Shown piece after piece: positions 9,596 to 19,109 of a DNA stretch of 64,000 nucleotides. The stretch spans positions 34,408-98,407 of the IMG/VR virus record IMGVR_UViG_3300012944_000024; one strand, written 5' to 3'. This DNA comes from a virus. Position 1 is the first letter of the stretch; each line of letters opens with the position of its first letter. Under the pieces are notes generated by a model, which did no database searches, was not told the DNA's origin, and was given only the letters and a program-made list of their open reading frames with translations. The position numbers were made by a program, and so were the translations under genes.

Positions 9596-10833
9596 CACGG
9601 CCCCTTGGTCGCGTTGACCACGGGGATCACCAGCAGGGATCCGGGCGTGAGCGAGACCTGGTGCCACGGCAGGTGGTTGGCGCGAAGGATGTCGATGTCG
9701 TGGTCGATGCTGCCGTAGTAGAGCTGCGAGACCGACTGCGGGGTGTCGCCCTGCTTGACCACCCGGATCCCCAGGATCATCCCTTGCCGCGTCCCCTGCA
9801 GGGTGTTGGAGCCGATCTCCCCGCCGCCCGGGTGGCGTGAGAACTGGTCGCGCATCTGCTGCTGGGCGATCTGGCCGGCGAGCGCGCAGCTCTGCGCTTC
9901 GTCGTCGACGGCGGCGAAGTAGGTGAAGGATCGCATCAGGTCCCCGACATTCTCGGAGACGCTCGCCTGCTCGAACGGAATGTCGCCGAGGTTATCGGAG
10001 AACTGCAGGGCCTGATCGGTGGCGTCCTTGGCGAAGTCGATCACCGTGTTGGCGATGCTGAAGGGCAGGGTGGCGACGTCGATCGCGATGGCGCCGATCT
10101 GCGAGAGCCCCGTGGTGATGCGCGTGAGGTTCTGCACGAGCGACTGGACGATCGCGAGCGGCGCGTTCGCGAGGGTCTCGAGCTGCCCGAGCGTGAAGAA
10201 GGACGCGCTGCTGAGGATGTTCTTGTTCTGCGAGACGATCTTCGCGTTCGCCGCGGCGATCGTGGCCGCCATCGAGGAGACGAGCGCGGAGCTCGCGCTC
10301 TCCACGTCCGCCTCGCGCGCCGCCACCGCGCGCTGCTGCGTCGCGCCGCGCGAGACCCACGAGAACGTGACCGACCACTCGACGTCGACGGATCTCGAGG
10401 GCTTGAAGTCCCAGTGCGAGACCCGCCCCTCCCGCACCACCGTGCGGGAGATGACCCCGTCGGTCGAGCTCGCGATCGCCCAGGTCACGCGCAGCCTCTG
10501 CCCCTTGCGGGCCAGGTCTTCAAAGATGTCCCAGAGCGAGCCGGGCGAGCTGACGTCGATCTCCCCGCTCCCGTCGTTCCACGAGCACGGCGCGCGGTTG
10601 ATCACCGTCAACCGCCACTCGCCCGTCCATGTGGTCGGGATCTCCTTGGCCACCAGCACCTGCTGGGTCGCCTCGGTCGGGTTGCCCGGGTACCAGGTGG
10701 TCGGAAGGACGTTCTCCCCGCCCCAGTTGGCCCCCCCCATCCTGGGGAGCCCGCCCCCGCGCAGCGAGAGGGTCCGCGTCGGGTTGCGGTAGGCGTCGAG
10801 CTCGACGATCCCGATGGCGGAGGAATAACTCAA
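9595..10833 (-). CDS. Tail tube initiator with C-terminal LysM-like domain
   Basis: VVKQGDTPQSVSQLYYG...ILRANHL...LTPGSLLVIP; downstream of tape measure. Confidence 0.75.
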   Translation of the reverse strand: MSYSSAIGIVELDAYRNPTRTLSLRGGGLPRMGGANWGGENVLPTTWYPGNPTEATQQVLVAKEIPTTWTGEWRLTVINRAPCSWNDGSGEIDVSSPGSLWDIFEDLARKGQRLRVTWAIASSTDGVISRTVVREGRVSHWDFKPSRSVDVEWSVTFSWVSRGATQQRAVAAREADVESASSALVSSMAATIAAANAKIVSQNKNILSSASFFTLGQLETLANAPLAIVQSLVQNLTRITTGLSQIGAIAIDVATLPFSIANTVIDFAKDATDQALQFSDNLGDIPFEQASVSENVGDLMRSFTYFAAVDDEAQSCALAGQIAQQQMRDQFSRHPGGGEIGSNTLQGTRQGMILGIRVVKQGDTPQSVSQLYYGSIDHDIDILRANHLPWHQVSLTPGSLLVIPVVNATKGP

Positions 10834-10864
10834 GGGGGTCCCAGCTCCCGGCGTGAGCCGGCGC

Positions 10865-11194
10865 TCAGACCGCCTTCTTGTTTCGTCCCACCCACTTCGC
10901 CAGAGGGTTGGCCGCGCCCTTCGGCTTCGCCATCGGCTGCGTCGCCGGGGAGGCCGACGCCACCACGCTCGAGGCCGTCGAAGATCCCTGCGTCGAGCTC
11001 GACGAGCCCGGCGACGAGGTCGAGGCGGTCGGGTCGTTGGAGGCGCCGCTCGACGCTGCCGGCGGGGCGGAGGAGGCCGGCTGGGTCGACGCGGGGGGCG
11101 CGGAGGAGCTCGGCGCCGGGGCAGGGGGCTTGGGGGGGCCCTTCTTCTTCGCAGCGCCCGCCGCGACGAACTTCGAGAGTTTCGGAAAGGCCAT
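10865..11194 (-). CDS. Small disordered S/A/P/K-rich protein
   Basis: Fills the gap between TMP and LysM genes; terminal LSKFV/LAKWV motifs. Confidence 0.6.
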   Translation of the reverse strand: MAFPKLSKFVAAGAAKKKGPPKPPAPAPSSSAPPASTQPASSAPPAASSGASNDPTASTSSPGSSSSTQGSSTASSVVASASPATQPMAKPKGAANPLAKWVGRNKKAV

Positions 11195-11250
11195 CGGGAT
11201 CTCCGAGATGAGACCTACCAGGGGGCCGAGAGCCGCCGCAAACTCCGGCC

Positions 11251-11266
11251 GGGAACCCGGGTTCCC
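11251..11266. repeat. Palindrome A (copy 2)
   Basis: Exact; 9 nt after the tape measure stop. Confidence 0.98.
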
Positions 11267-11275
11267 GGCGGGGGA

Positions 11276-13243
11276 TCAGAATCCAAAGGTCTGTGAAAAG
11301 CGACTCGTGATCCGATTGGTCGCGGAGCGCGCGATGTCCTTCCGGAAGATAAGTGCGATCTTGTCCGGGTCGGCGTTCCGGAAGTCCTGGTGGATGTGCA
11401 TCGTGGTCGGCCCGAAGTTGATCGGCGGCAGCTTCGTCTCCGGTCCCTCCGCGCCGCCCGATGCGAGCCCGTGGAGCTTCTTGAGCGCGTCCTCCACGCT
11501 CCCCGTCGCCCCCGCGAGCGCGATGCGCAGGGCGTTGTTGGCGGAGAGGATCCGCCGCGCGCTCGCGTCGGCCTCCTTGGCGTTGACCTCGGTGGCGGTC
11601 TTGAACGCGCTGGTGATCTTCCCCATCCCGAGGCCCACCGCGATCCCCTGGGCGCCCATCACGTTCGCGCTCGCCGCCTCGAACCCGCCCATCGCGTTCG
11701 CGAGCTTGGCGTGGCCCTCGGCCTGCGCGTTGGCCTGGGCGAGCACCTTGCGGTAGGCGTCCTCGGTCATGTCGCCCGCCTCGACCGCCGCGGCGCCAGA
11801 GCGCTCGAGCGACTCGATGTAGTGCTGCATGTCCTGGTCGGTCGCCTCGACCTTCTGCGCGTCCTCGCCGATCTTGCGCACCACCGCGTTGATGTTGGCG
11901 AGCCGGTCGGCCGCCGCGTCGACGCTCTCGGTGAAGGGGTTCATGTGCTCGATGAGCCGCCCGAAGCTCATCCCGCTCTCCTGCTCGAGCTTGCCCATCT
12001 GATCGGACGCGAGCGTCCACGACCCCACCGCCGCGACCAGCGCGCCCGCCCCCAGCGCCGCCCCCGCCCCGCCCGTCCCCCCCAGCCCCCCCGCGCCCCG
12101 CGCCTTGCCCGCCGCCGCCCCCAGGCCCGGCAGCGCCCCCGCCCCCTGGGTCAGCATCCCCAGGGCCGGCTTGCCCACGTACTGCGCCGCCGCGAGCCCG
12201 AGGAGCAGATCGCGGTGCTCGGCGAGGAAGGAGACGGCCCCCTTGATCGCCCCCGCCCCGTCCTCGAGCGCCTTGCTGATCTCGTCCGCGTGGGTCTCGA
12301 GGTACTCGAATGCCTCCTTGATCTCGGCGCCGGCGATCTTCACCCACTCGCCAACCTTGTCCCCCATCGTGTGGGCGAGCCGCTCGATCTCCTCGCGGTG
12401 CTCGGCGAGGTAGACCTTCAGGTGCTCGAGCTGCGGGCCGACCGCGGCGATCATCGGGGCCCCCATCGTCTCGAAGAACGCCTCGCGCGTGCCGCTCAGC
12501 GAGGTGAGCAGCTGGTCGAACGAGAGCGGCGCGTCCTTCATGCGCTTGGCCATCCGGTCGACCGCGGTCTCGGCGAGCTTGAAGACGTCCTCTTGCTTGC
12601 CCCCCTGCATCATCGCGTTGAGCGCCTTGGCGACCTTCTTGGCCCCGCCCTCGACAACGCCCGTCTGCCGCATCAGCTGCACGAGCGCGTTCTTGGGCCT
12701 CACGATCCCCATCTCGAGGTCGCGCCACGCCGCGCTCATCGCCTCGAGCCCGCCGGGCAGGTTCTTCGACGCGACGGCCATCTTGTCGACCATCCCGGAG
12801 ACCTCCTCGCTCGAGCGGGTCGAGCGAGAGGCGATCATCTCGAACGCGTCGAGCATCGATTCCTTCGTGTTGCCTGTAGTGATCCCGAGCTGCTCGAAGT
12901 GCTCGTTCAACTTCTCGGCCTTCTCGGAGAGCTCGTCGAAGCTGCTCTCGCCCTTCTCGACCATGCTGATCGCCCCGGCGAGCTCCTTCTTCTGCTCGGC
13001 CAGGTGGGCGGCGGAGTGGAAGACCTCCTCACCGAACTCCTTGACCGTCTCGACCGCCCCCGAGAGCTGGAACCCGATCGCCACCGCGGCGGCCTGCTTG
13101 GCCATCCCCATCATCTCGTGGCCCACCTCGTGGACCTTCTCTCGCAGGCCCTCGAAGTTCTCCTTGAGCTTGTGCAGCGCCTCGTGCGCCTGATCGTCAA
13201 GAGTCAGCTTGGTGGAGACTTCCGCTTGCTCGTGTTCGCTCAT
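11276..13243 (-). CDS. Tape measure protein
   Basis: 655 aa Ala/Glu-rich helical protein with hydrophobic segments, directly after the tail chaperones. Confidence 0.85.
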   Translation of the reverse strand: MSEHEQAEVSTKLTLDDQAHEALHKLKENFEGLREKVHEVGHEMMGMAKQAAAVAIGFQLSGAVETVKEFGEEVFHSAAHLAEQKKELAGAISMVEKGESSFDELSEKAEKLNEHFEQLGITTGNTKESMLDAFEMIASRSTRSSEEVSGMVDKMAVASKNLPGGLEAMSAAWRDLEMGIVRPKNALVQLMRQTGVVEGGAKKVAKALNAMMQGGKQEDVFKLAETAVDRMAKRMKDAPLSFDQLLTSLSGTREAFFETMGAPMIAAVGPQLEHLKVYLAEHREEIERLAHTMGDKVGEWVKIAGAEIKEAFEYLETHADEISKALEDGAGAIKGAVSFLAEHRDLLLGLAAAQYVGKPALGMLTQGAGALPGLGAAAGKARGAGGLGGTGGAGAALGAGALVAAVGSWTLASDQMGKLEQESGMSFGRLIEHMNPFTESVDAAADRLANINAVVRKIGEDAQKVEATDQDMQHYIESLERSGAAAVEAGDMTEDAYRKVLAQANAQAEGHAKLANAMGGFEAASANVMGAQGIAVGLGMGKITSAFKTATEVNAKEADASARRILSANNALRIALAGATGSVEDALKKLHGLASGGAEGPETKLPPINFGPTTMHIHQDFRNADPDKIALIFRKDIARSATNRITSRFSQTFGF

Positions 13244-13244
13244 C

Positions 13245-13559
13245 TCAGGCGTCCTCGGGGCTACCGCCCTCGTTCTTCAAGATCTCCACCACCACCTCGA
13301 ACGCGTCGCGCATCTCGCCGACGTCGCGATGCTCCCACGAGAACGGGTCGACGCGCGCGTAGCGGGCGAGCACCATCTTCATCCACAACCGGTCGCGAAT
13401 GACCCGGGCCGGGTCCTTGCTGTAGAGGAGCGAGGCGTCAAACCCAACGCTCACGCAGAGGCGCGCGAGGACGTCGTCAACCCAGTCGGGGTCGGGCGGG
13501 AAGGTGGACCGCCGCCCGCTTAGCCGACCGTCCGCGGCGCCACGCAGTGCTCGAAAAAA
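13245..13559 (-). CDS. Tail assembly chaperone, -1 frameshift extension (G-T type)
   Basis: Open -1 frame from slippery T-TTT-TTC (13553-13559) to a stop just before TMP. Confidence 0.7.
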   Translation of the reverse strand, partial: FFRALRGAADGRLSGRRSTFPPDPDWVDDVLARLCVSVGFDASLLYSKDPARVIRDRLWMKMVLARYARVDPFSWEHRDVGEMRDAFEVVVEILKNEGGSPEDA

Positions 13560-14077
13560 TCGGCGTTCTCCGAAGCGTCCATCACGTGCGTCTTGAGGTA
13601 GATCCCCTTGAGCTGCTGGCGGCACTTGCCGCCGATCTCGTTCCAGAAGGCGGCGACGCTCGCGAATCCATCCCCGTCCGCCGGGTGGGTCGGGGCCAGC
13701 GAGATCTTCTTGCCATCGACGCTGCGGATCATCGCCTTGGCCATCTCGTCGATGATCCGGATCCCGTCGCCGCGCGCGAGCTTGCTCGCCCGCTTCTCAT
13801 CGGACTCCGAGAGGTTCCAGAGGATGCAGGTGCGGTCCTCGCCCTTGGGCATGTTCGTCATCGGCGCGCGGAAGCGGACGAACCAGATCGTCCAGCCCGG
13901 AGGAAACGAGAACCCCGCGGGCACCTTCGCCCATGCGGGGGTGGCCTGATCGGTGTCGGTGGGGACGACGTCGTCCTCGTCGTCGAGATCCACCACCGCG
14001 GGGGCCGGGGCCCCGCCCCCCTCGCCCTTCGCCTCGGCGATGAGCTTCTCCATGTCATCGGCTTCGATCTTCGGCAT
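13520..14077 (-). CDS. Tail assembly chaperone (G-like)
   Basis: Position upstream of TMP; slippery heptamer near the 3' end. Confidence 0.75.
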   Translation of the reverse strand: MPKIEADDMEKLIAEAKGEGGGAPAPAVVDLDDEDDVVPTDTDQATPAWAKVPAGFSFPPGWTIWFVRFRAPMTNMPKGEDRTCILWNLSESDEKRASKLARGDGIRIIDEMAKAMIRSVDGKKISLAPTHPADGDGFASVAAFWNEIGGKCRQQLKGIYLKTHVMDASENADFFEHCVAPRTVG

Positions 14078-14102
14078 GCGTCGGTTTCCTCCGCGGGCGA
14101 GC

Positions 14103-14630
14103 TTACTCGTGGATCTTCTCGATCTCCCGCTTCACCTCCTCCTCGAGGATGGCGGGGATCCGGCGGCGCGCCTTGGCCATGATCCTTAGCCCCTTGCCCT
14201 CGCCCCCGAAGATCCCCTTCTTCTTCATGCTCTGCGCGATCGCCCAGGCGATCTGCCGGCCCGCTGCGCCGCGCTCTTCCTTCTTCGCCGCACCGACAAG
14301 CCCCTTGCGCACCACCCACTCGGCCAGGGCGTCGATCATGCGCTTGCCGATCTTGATGTTCTCCGCCCGCGCGCCGTCCTCGATGATCCCCGCGTGCGGG
14401 GTGGCGTTGTAGACGAGCGCGCCGTTCTCGACCGCCCGCGCCCGCCAGCCCGCGCGGTAAACCCCCCGGTCCACCGGGACACGCGGCTCGCGCGGAATGA
14501 TCTCGGTCACGATCACCCCCACGACCCGATGGGCCGCCGCAAGCAGCCCGCGCAGCGCCGCCTTGCGCCTCTTGCCCTCGAGCTCCACCACCCACGCGGG
14601 CGCCTGCTCGATCGTCATCTTCCGGCCCAT
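14103..14630 (-). CDS. Neck/tail completion protein (HK97 gp10-like)
   Basis: VPVDRGVYRAGW...NATPHAGIIEDG motif. Confidence 0.75.
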   Translation of the reverse strand: MGRKMTIEQAPAWVVELEGKRRKAALRGLLAAAHRVVGVIVTEIIPREPRVPVDRGVYRAGWRARAVENGALVYNATPHAGIIEDGARAENIKIGKRMIDALAEWVVRKGLVGAAKKEERGAAGRQIAWAIAQSMKKKGIFGGEGKGLRIMAKARRRIPAILEEEVKREIEKIHE

Positions 14631-14883
14631 GGGACCGGATCATGGCATAGGTGGGGGCGAGGCGAGCGAGATGACCGTGCCCCCCCGCGGCTCTCCTCGC
14701 CTCTCTTTTTTCAACCCGCCGGCATAGGAGAGTCGAGCTGGAGCGGTGGGCCCTCCCCCCATCGCGATCTAGCTCCTCTTAGGTGGGCGCCCGGGGCGGC
14801 GTGGACACGGGGCTGGAGAGGGACGACGCAGACCCTTGGGACCCCGAGAACGCGCCACCCCGGAACTCCCGTACGCCCGCCCC

Positions 14884-14899
14884 GGGAACCCGGGTTCCC
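14884..14899. repeat. Palindrome A (copy 3)
   Basis: Exact; 8 nt after the HNH gene stop. Confidence 0.98.
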
Positions 14900-14907
14900 A
14901 GCGCGGT

Positions 14908-15567
14908 TCATGCCGACCGTTTTCGCAGAGGCGGGGTCGTGAACGCGATCTCTTTGGACCACCCGAGCTTGCCGATGCGATCGCGCAGCGTTCGAGCGTG
15001 GATCCCAAGTCGCCCCGCCCACTCGTCGATCGTCAGGGATTCACCCTGGTACTCGATCAGCTTGGTCGCCCTGCGGTTGCGCGACTGCTCCTTGCGCGTC
15101 GCCCACCGCACGTTACCCGGCTCGTAGTTCCCGTCGTTGTCGATGCGCTCGATCGTGTGAGTAGGCGTTGGGCGCAGACCCATATACGCAAAGAATGCCG
15201 CAAAGTCGTCGACCCAGTCGGGGTGCAACCCGATCCCGCGCCCGCCGTAATCCTTGAAGTCCTTCGCATGTGGGTTGAGGCAACGCTTCTTCATCGACTG
15301 CCAAGACCCATACTCACCTAGCTTGCGACCCGCATGGGTAGCCCCATGCGTCGTCGCTGCAGCCGACGTGCGCTCGCGGTGCAGGCACCCGCACGATTGC
15401 GTCCTCCCATCGAGGAGCGGACCGCTGAAGGCGTCCTTCGTCCCCCCGCAGTCGCACACGCATCGCCAGCGGTTTGCGCTCCCGCCGCCTGGGTAGACCA
15501 CCCTCTCCCCGGGCCCCGTCACCACCAACCTGCCGAACCTGCGCCCCGTGAGGTCGTTCTTCTTCAC
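14908..15567 (-). CDS. Phage HNH-type homing endonuclease
   Basis: DLTGRRFGRL..., WRCVCDCG, SCGC, YGGRGI, TIERIDNDGNYEPGNVRWAT, C-terminal HTH. Confidence 0.9.
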   Translation of the reverse strand: MKKNDLTGRRFGRLVVTGPGERVVYPGGGSANRWRCVCDCGGTKDAFSGPLLDGRTQSCGCLHRERTSAAATTHGATHAGRKLGEYGSWQSMKKRCLNPHAKDFKDYGGRGIGLHPDWVDDFAAFFAYMGLRPTPTHTIERIDNDGNYEPGNVRWATRKEQSRNRRATKLIEYQGESLTIDEWAGRLGIHARTLRDRIGKLGWSKEIAFTTPPLRKRSA

Positions 15568-15598
15568 GACCCGGAGACTAATACAATCTAATAACTAA

Positions 15599-16036
15599 TC
15601 AAGAGAGCTGCAATGAGAAGTCATCAGCCTCTCCGCTCAGTTTCTTATTTGCGTAGTCGGTCCGGCTCGGCGTGCTCACCGCCTGCGGTCCGAACTTCGC
15701 GTCGGGGATGTAGATCGAAGGCTCGTCGCCGTTCGGGTAGAACAGCACGGCCCCGATGTTGATGACGAGGTTGGGGGTGTTGCGCTTCTGCCGGTCGTGG
15801 ATGGCGATGATGAGGCGCAGCCAGTCCTGCGAGTGCGTGTGCATCTCGAAGTCGAACTTGACCCCGTTGTAGACGTCGTCCTTCCGGTTGGTCTTCTCGC
15901 CGAGGTAGCCCTGACTCTTGATCTCGCTCTCAAACTCCACGTTGAAGTTATGGATATCCGTGAGGGTATCTTGCAGGACCCCTCCAGAGGTGATCACGAG
16001 CTCAATCTCCTGCCCCTTCAGCCTTTGGGCTACCAC
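15599..16036 (-). CDS. Tail tube protein
   Basis: 145 aa beta-rich protein directly downstream of the sheath. Confidence 0.75.
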   Translation of the reverse strand: MVAQRLKGQEIELVITSGGVLQDTLTDIHNFNVEFESEIKSQGYLGEKTNRKDDVYNGVKFDFEMHTHSQDWLRLIIAIHDRQKRNTPNLVINIGAVLFYPNGDEPSIYIPDAKFGPQAVSTPSRTDYANKKLSGEADDFSLQLS

Positions 16037-16071
16037 TAGACCCTTTTCCTTCTTGTGCTGGCATCCGGTCC

Positions 16072-16359
16072 ATGGGCTGCACAGACCTCATGGGGCGCGT
16101 TTTTGGTAGATGGACCGTCGTCAGTCTCGCACCTCGCGTCAGGAAACGAACCTTCTGGAACTGCGTCTGCACCTGCGGAGTAATGCGAGTCGTCCACGCG
16201 GGAGCGCTCATCGCGGGCAGCACGAACTCGTGCGGGTGTTTGCGCGTCGAGATCGGCCGTGCGCAACGGGGTACGTTCTACCACCGCATCGCGCGCGGCT
16301 TCTCCGAAGAAGAGGCCATCACCACCCCCCCTCTCAAGAAGAACGGACTCCCTCGCTAG
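16072..16359 (+). pseudogene. Internally deleted HNH endonuclease homolog (N-terminal Cys domain and C-terminal tail only)
   Basis: DLMGRVFGRW...WNCVCTCG...SCGC fused to RIARGFSEEEAITTPPLKK; lacks the nuclease core present in 14908-15567. Confidence 0.75.
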
Positions 16360-16384
16360 CGCCACGGTCACTTGGGGTTCCCTT

Positions 16385-18967
16385 TCACGCCGCTTGCGGC
16401 AAGAGCTCCGCCACCACCACCGTCTCACCGATCGTGGTCTGCAGCACGATCGAGTCGAGCGAGGCGAGCAGCCGGACCACCACGATGATCCGGAAGAGCC
16501 CCTGCCCGAGCGTCACCACGTCGTTGCCGCTCTTGGTGTCGACCCCGAAGGAATCGATGCGCTGCGCGTCGGGGTTGTTGGGGTTGCCCTGGCTCGCGCT
16601 GCTCCCCCCGCCCGCCAGCCCGTTCAAGAACTGGAAGATCTCCGTCCGGATCGCGTTGCGACGCTTGGAGGTCGAGAGCTTCTTGCCGAACTCCTTGAGC
16701 GAGATGGCCATTGAGTCCTGGAGGAAGTCGGCCATCCGGCGGCGTTTGATGTTCACGATCGACGGGTTGGCGAGCGGGTCCACGCTCGTCACGCCGCTCT
16801 GGAAGGCTGCGACCCCATCGTCGATGATGAGCGCGCAGATCCCCGCCGCCTTGAAGGCTTGGTAGGTCGTGATGTCGAAGTTCTGGACGTTCGAGCCCGT
16901 CTCGATCGCGTTGACCCCGTCGGCGAAGTCGGTGTCCTGGCCGGGGTTCTCCTCCGGGTTGAGGTTGCTCATCACCGAGGCGAGAAACCCATCGGCGCCC
17001 ACGTCGACGTTGCCGCTCGCGTTGAACCCCTCGCCCCCGCCGGGCCCGACGAGCGCGATGATCGGCACAAACGTGTTCGCCTGCGGGTAGCAGTAGATGA
17101 CCCGATCGGATCGGTACGCCCCGACCCCCGGGGTCGCGGTCGTCGAGAGCGCGGTCTGCACGGGCGTATTGAGCGGGGTGCGGATGCAGGCGACGCGGCC
17201 GAAGCACCCGCTCGCGCTCGCGCTGATCGCGTTGTTCCGCAGGGCGGTGCGGATCGCGTTGCTCTGCCGGGCCGCGAAGATGATGTTGGTCGTCTTGGCG
17301 ACCGTGTTGACGCGCGCGGTCGCGGCGATCGAGATCGCGTACTGCGCGTCGATCTGGTTCTCGGTGAGCGCGGCGGTGATGACCTGCGGGTTGACGACCG
17401 AGAAGGCCCCGATCGCGGGAGGCGAGAGGATCTGGCTCACCGACCCCGCCCCCGTCCCCGCGCCCGTCCCGTCGTCGAGGGCGTGGCGGATCTTCACGCT
17501 CCAGCTCGTCGCCCCCGCGGCTTGCTGGACCCCGGCGATCGTGACCCCCGAGAGCGCGAAGAGGACGCCCTGCATGGTGACGAACTGCGCGCCGCCCGGT
17601 ACCTGCACGACCGTGCCGGCCGGGAAGGAGCCAGCGGGAGGGGGGGTGCCGAGGGTCTGCCCCACCACCAGCCCCAGCTCGGTCAGCACCGCCCCCGCGC
17701 TCGCCCCCACCACGCTCACCACGCCGCCCGGCTTGGTCCCCACGACATAGAACCGGCTCGCCCCGTCGCTCGTCACCGGGGCCCCCTGGGCCGCCGCGGT
17801 GAAGGCAGCATTGAGCTTGGTGACGGTAGCGGCGAGGGTGTCGCCCGACGCGACCGTCGTGGTCACCGACGGCAGGGAGGCGTCGAGCTGCAGGGTGATG
17901 GTCCCGGAGGTCCCGAGGTTGTACGTCCCGGCCCCGCTCACCAGGATGGGCAGACCGGTCGCGGTCGCCTCGGTGCCGGCGAGGAAGCCGAGCGCGGTCG
18001 CGGTCGTGCCCGACCCGACCACGAGGAAGCCCGTTGCACTCGTGTTGGAGATGCGGAGAGCGCCGTTCGGGTCGCTCTCCACCTTCGTGTTGGCGATCGC
18101 GGCCTGCACGATGAGGGCGATCTCGTTGGGCGCGACCGCCGCGATGTTCGCCACGTTTCCCGCCCCGCTCGTGACCCCCGCGGTCAGGCCGAGCTGCGCG
18201 AGCACGCCCGTCGACCCGCCGACGACGCTGACCTGCCCGCCCGTGCCGCCCTGCTGGCCCGTCAGGGTCAGCTGGCCGCCCGAGGTGCCGGCCAGCGCGA
18301 ACCCCGCGTACTGGTTGATCCGCGCCACCACCTGCGCGAGCGACTGGTCGGCCGCGAGGAAGGTGACGATGAAGGAGGTGCCCTGGTCGTACGCGAGCGT
18401 GAGGGTGTTGCCGCCCGCAAAGGTGGTCGGGTAGGTCCCCCCGATCGCCGTGACCGTCGCGGCCGTCCCGGTGAAGGTGGCGGAGGTCGGGCCGGCGCCG
18501 ACGTCGAGCTGCAGCACCTGCCCGGTCTGCAGCGCGTAGCGGAAGGCGGCGTTGCCGGTGAGGAAGGCGAGCCGCGTGATCGTGACCGCCCCGACGGAGG
18601 TGTCGACGCGGCAGAGCAGCAGGGTCGAGAAGGTCTTCTGATTGAGCTGGACGACCCCGTTGCCGTTCCAGAACTCGGCCGCCAGCGCCCCGTCGGCGAA
18701 GCGCTGGCGCGCGCACGGGTTCTGCCCCGGCAGGCTGCCGTACTGGTACCCCAGGCTCCCCCAGGTGGTCTGAAAATCCGTCGTCGAGATCACCTGCTGC
18801 GGGGCGTTGAAGGGGCCGTCCTCGAACTCCCCCACGCACATCGTCGTGCCCGACCCGATCCCCGCGATCGCGCCAGGCGGGGTCAGGTCGATCACGTTGA
18901 TCGACTCCACATTCAAAAGGACCGTATTGCCTGGGTCCTGAAGAAATCGACGGGTGAACATCCCCAT
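16385..18967 (-). CDS. Tail sheath protein
   Basis: 860 aa from ATG 18967; VGEFEDGP N-terminus and NIKRRRMADFLQDS C-terminal sheath motif. Confidence 0.9.
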   Translation of the reverse strand: MGMFTRRFLQDPGNTVLLNVESINVIDLTPPGAIAGIGSGTTMCVGEFEDGPFNAPQQVISTTDFQTTWGSLGYQYGSLPGQNPCARQRFADGALAAEFWNGNGVVQLNQKTFSTLLLCRVDTSVGAVTITRLAFLTGNAAFRYALQTGQVLQLDVGAGPTSATFTGTAATVTAIGGTYPTTFAGGNTLTLAYDQGTSFIVTFLAADQSLAQVVARINQYAGFALAGTSGGQLTLTGQQGGTGGQVSVVGGSTGVLAQLGLTAGVTSGAGNVANIAAVAPNEIALIVQAAIANTKVESDPNGALRISNTSATGFLVVGSGTTATALGFLAGTEATATGLPILVSGAGTYNLGTSGTITLQLDASLPSVTTTVASGDTLAATVTKLNAAFTAAAQGAPVTSDGASRFYVVGTKPGGVVSVVGASAGAVLTELGLVVGQTLGTPPPAGSFPAGTVVQVPGGAQFVTMQGVLFALSGVTIAGVQQAAGATSWSVKIRHALDDGTGAGTGAGSVSQILSPPAIGAFSVVNPQVITAALTENQIDAQYAISIAATARVNTVAKTTNIIFAARQSNAIRTALRNNAISASASGCFGRVACIRTPLNTPVQTALSTTATPGVGAYRSDRVIYCYPQANTFVPIIALVGPGGGEGFNASGNVDVGADGFLASVMSNLNPEENPGQDTDFADGVNAIETGSNVQNFDITTYQAFKAAGICALIIDDGVAAFQSGVTSVDPLANPSIVNIKRRRMADFLQDSMAISLKEFGKKLSTSKRRNAIRTEIFQFLNGLAGGGSSASQGNPNNPDAQRIDSFGVDTKSGNDVVTLGQGLFRIIVVVRLLASLDSIVLQTTIGETVVVAELLPQAA

Positions 18968-19059
18968 TACGCAGCCATCCTCTCGGAATGAAGAACGGTT
19001 CCACGACGACCAGACCACTCGTCGAGCGTCTTGTCCTTCTTCGGCTTCGGTTGCGTCAT
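18967..19059 (-). CDS. 30-aa basic peptide coupled to the sheath start
   Basis: MTQPKPKKDKTLDEWSGRRGTVLHSERMAA; TAATG overlap with sheath ATG. Confidence 0.4.
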   Translation of the reverse strand: MTQPKPKKDKTLDEWSGRRGTVLHSERMAA

Positions 19060-19109
19060 CGCCCGCCGAATCTACGGGGTGGGGAGGCGGCGCGTCAGCT
19101 TTCGACCTC

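Noticed and set aside
942-18967. Stand-alone contractile injection system or tailocin
   Set aside because: Capsid, portal, scaffold and terminase are present in the same operon, so this is a complete phage morphogenesis module.
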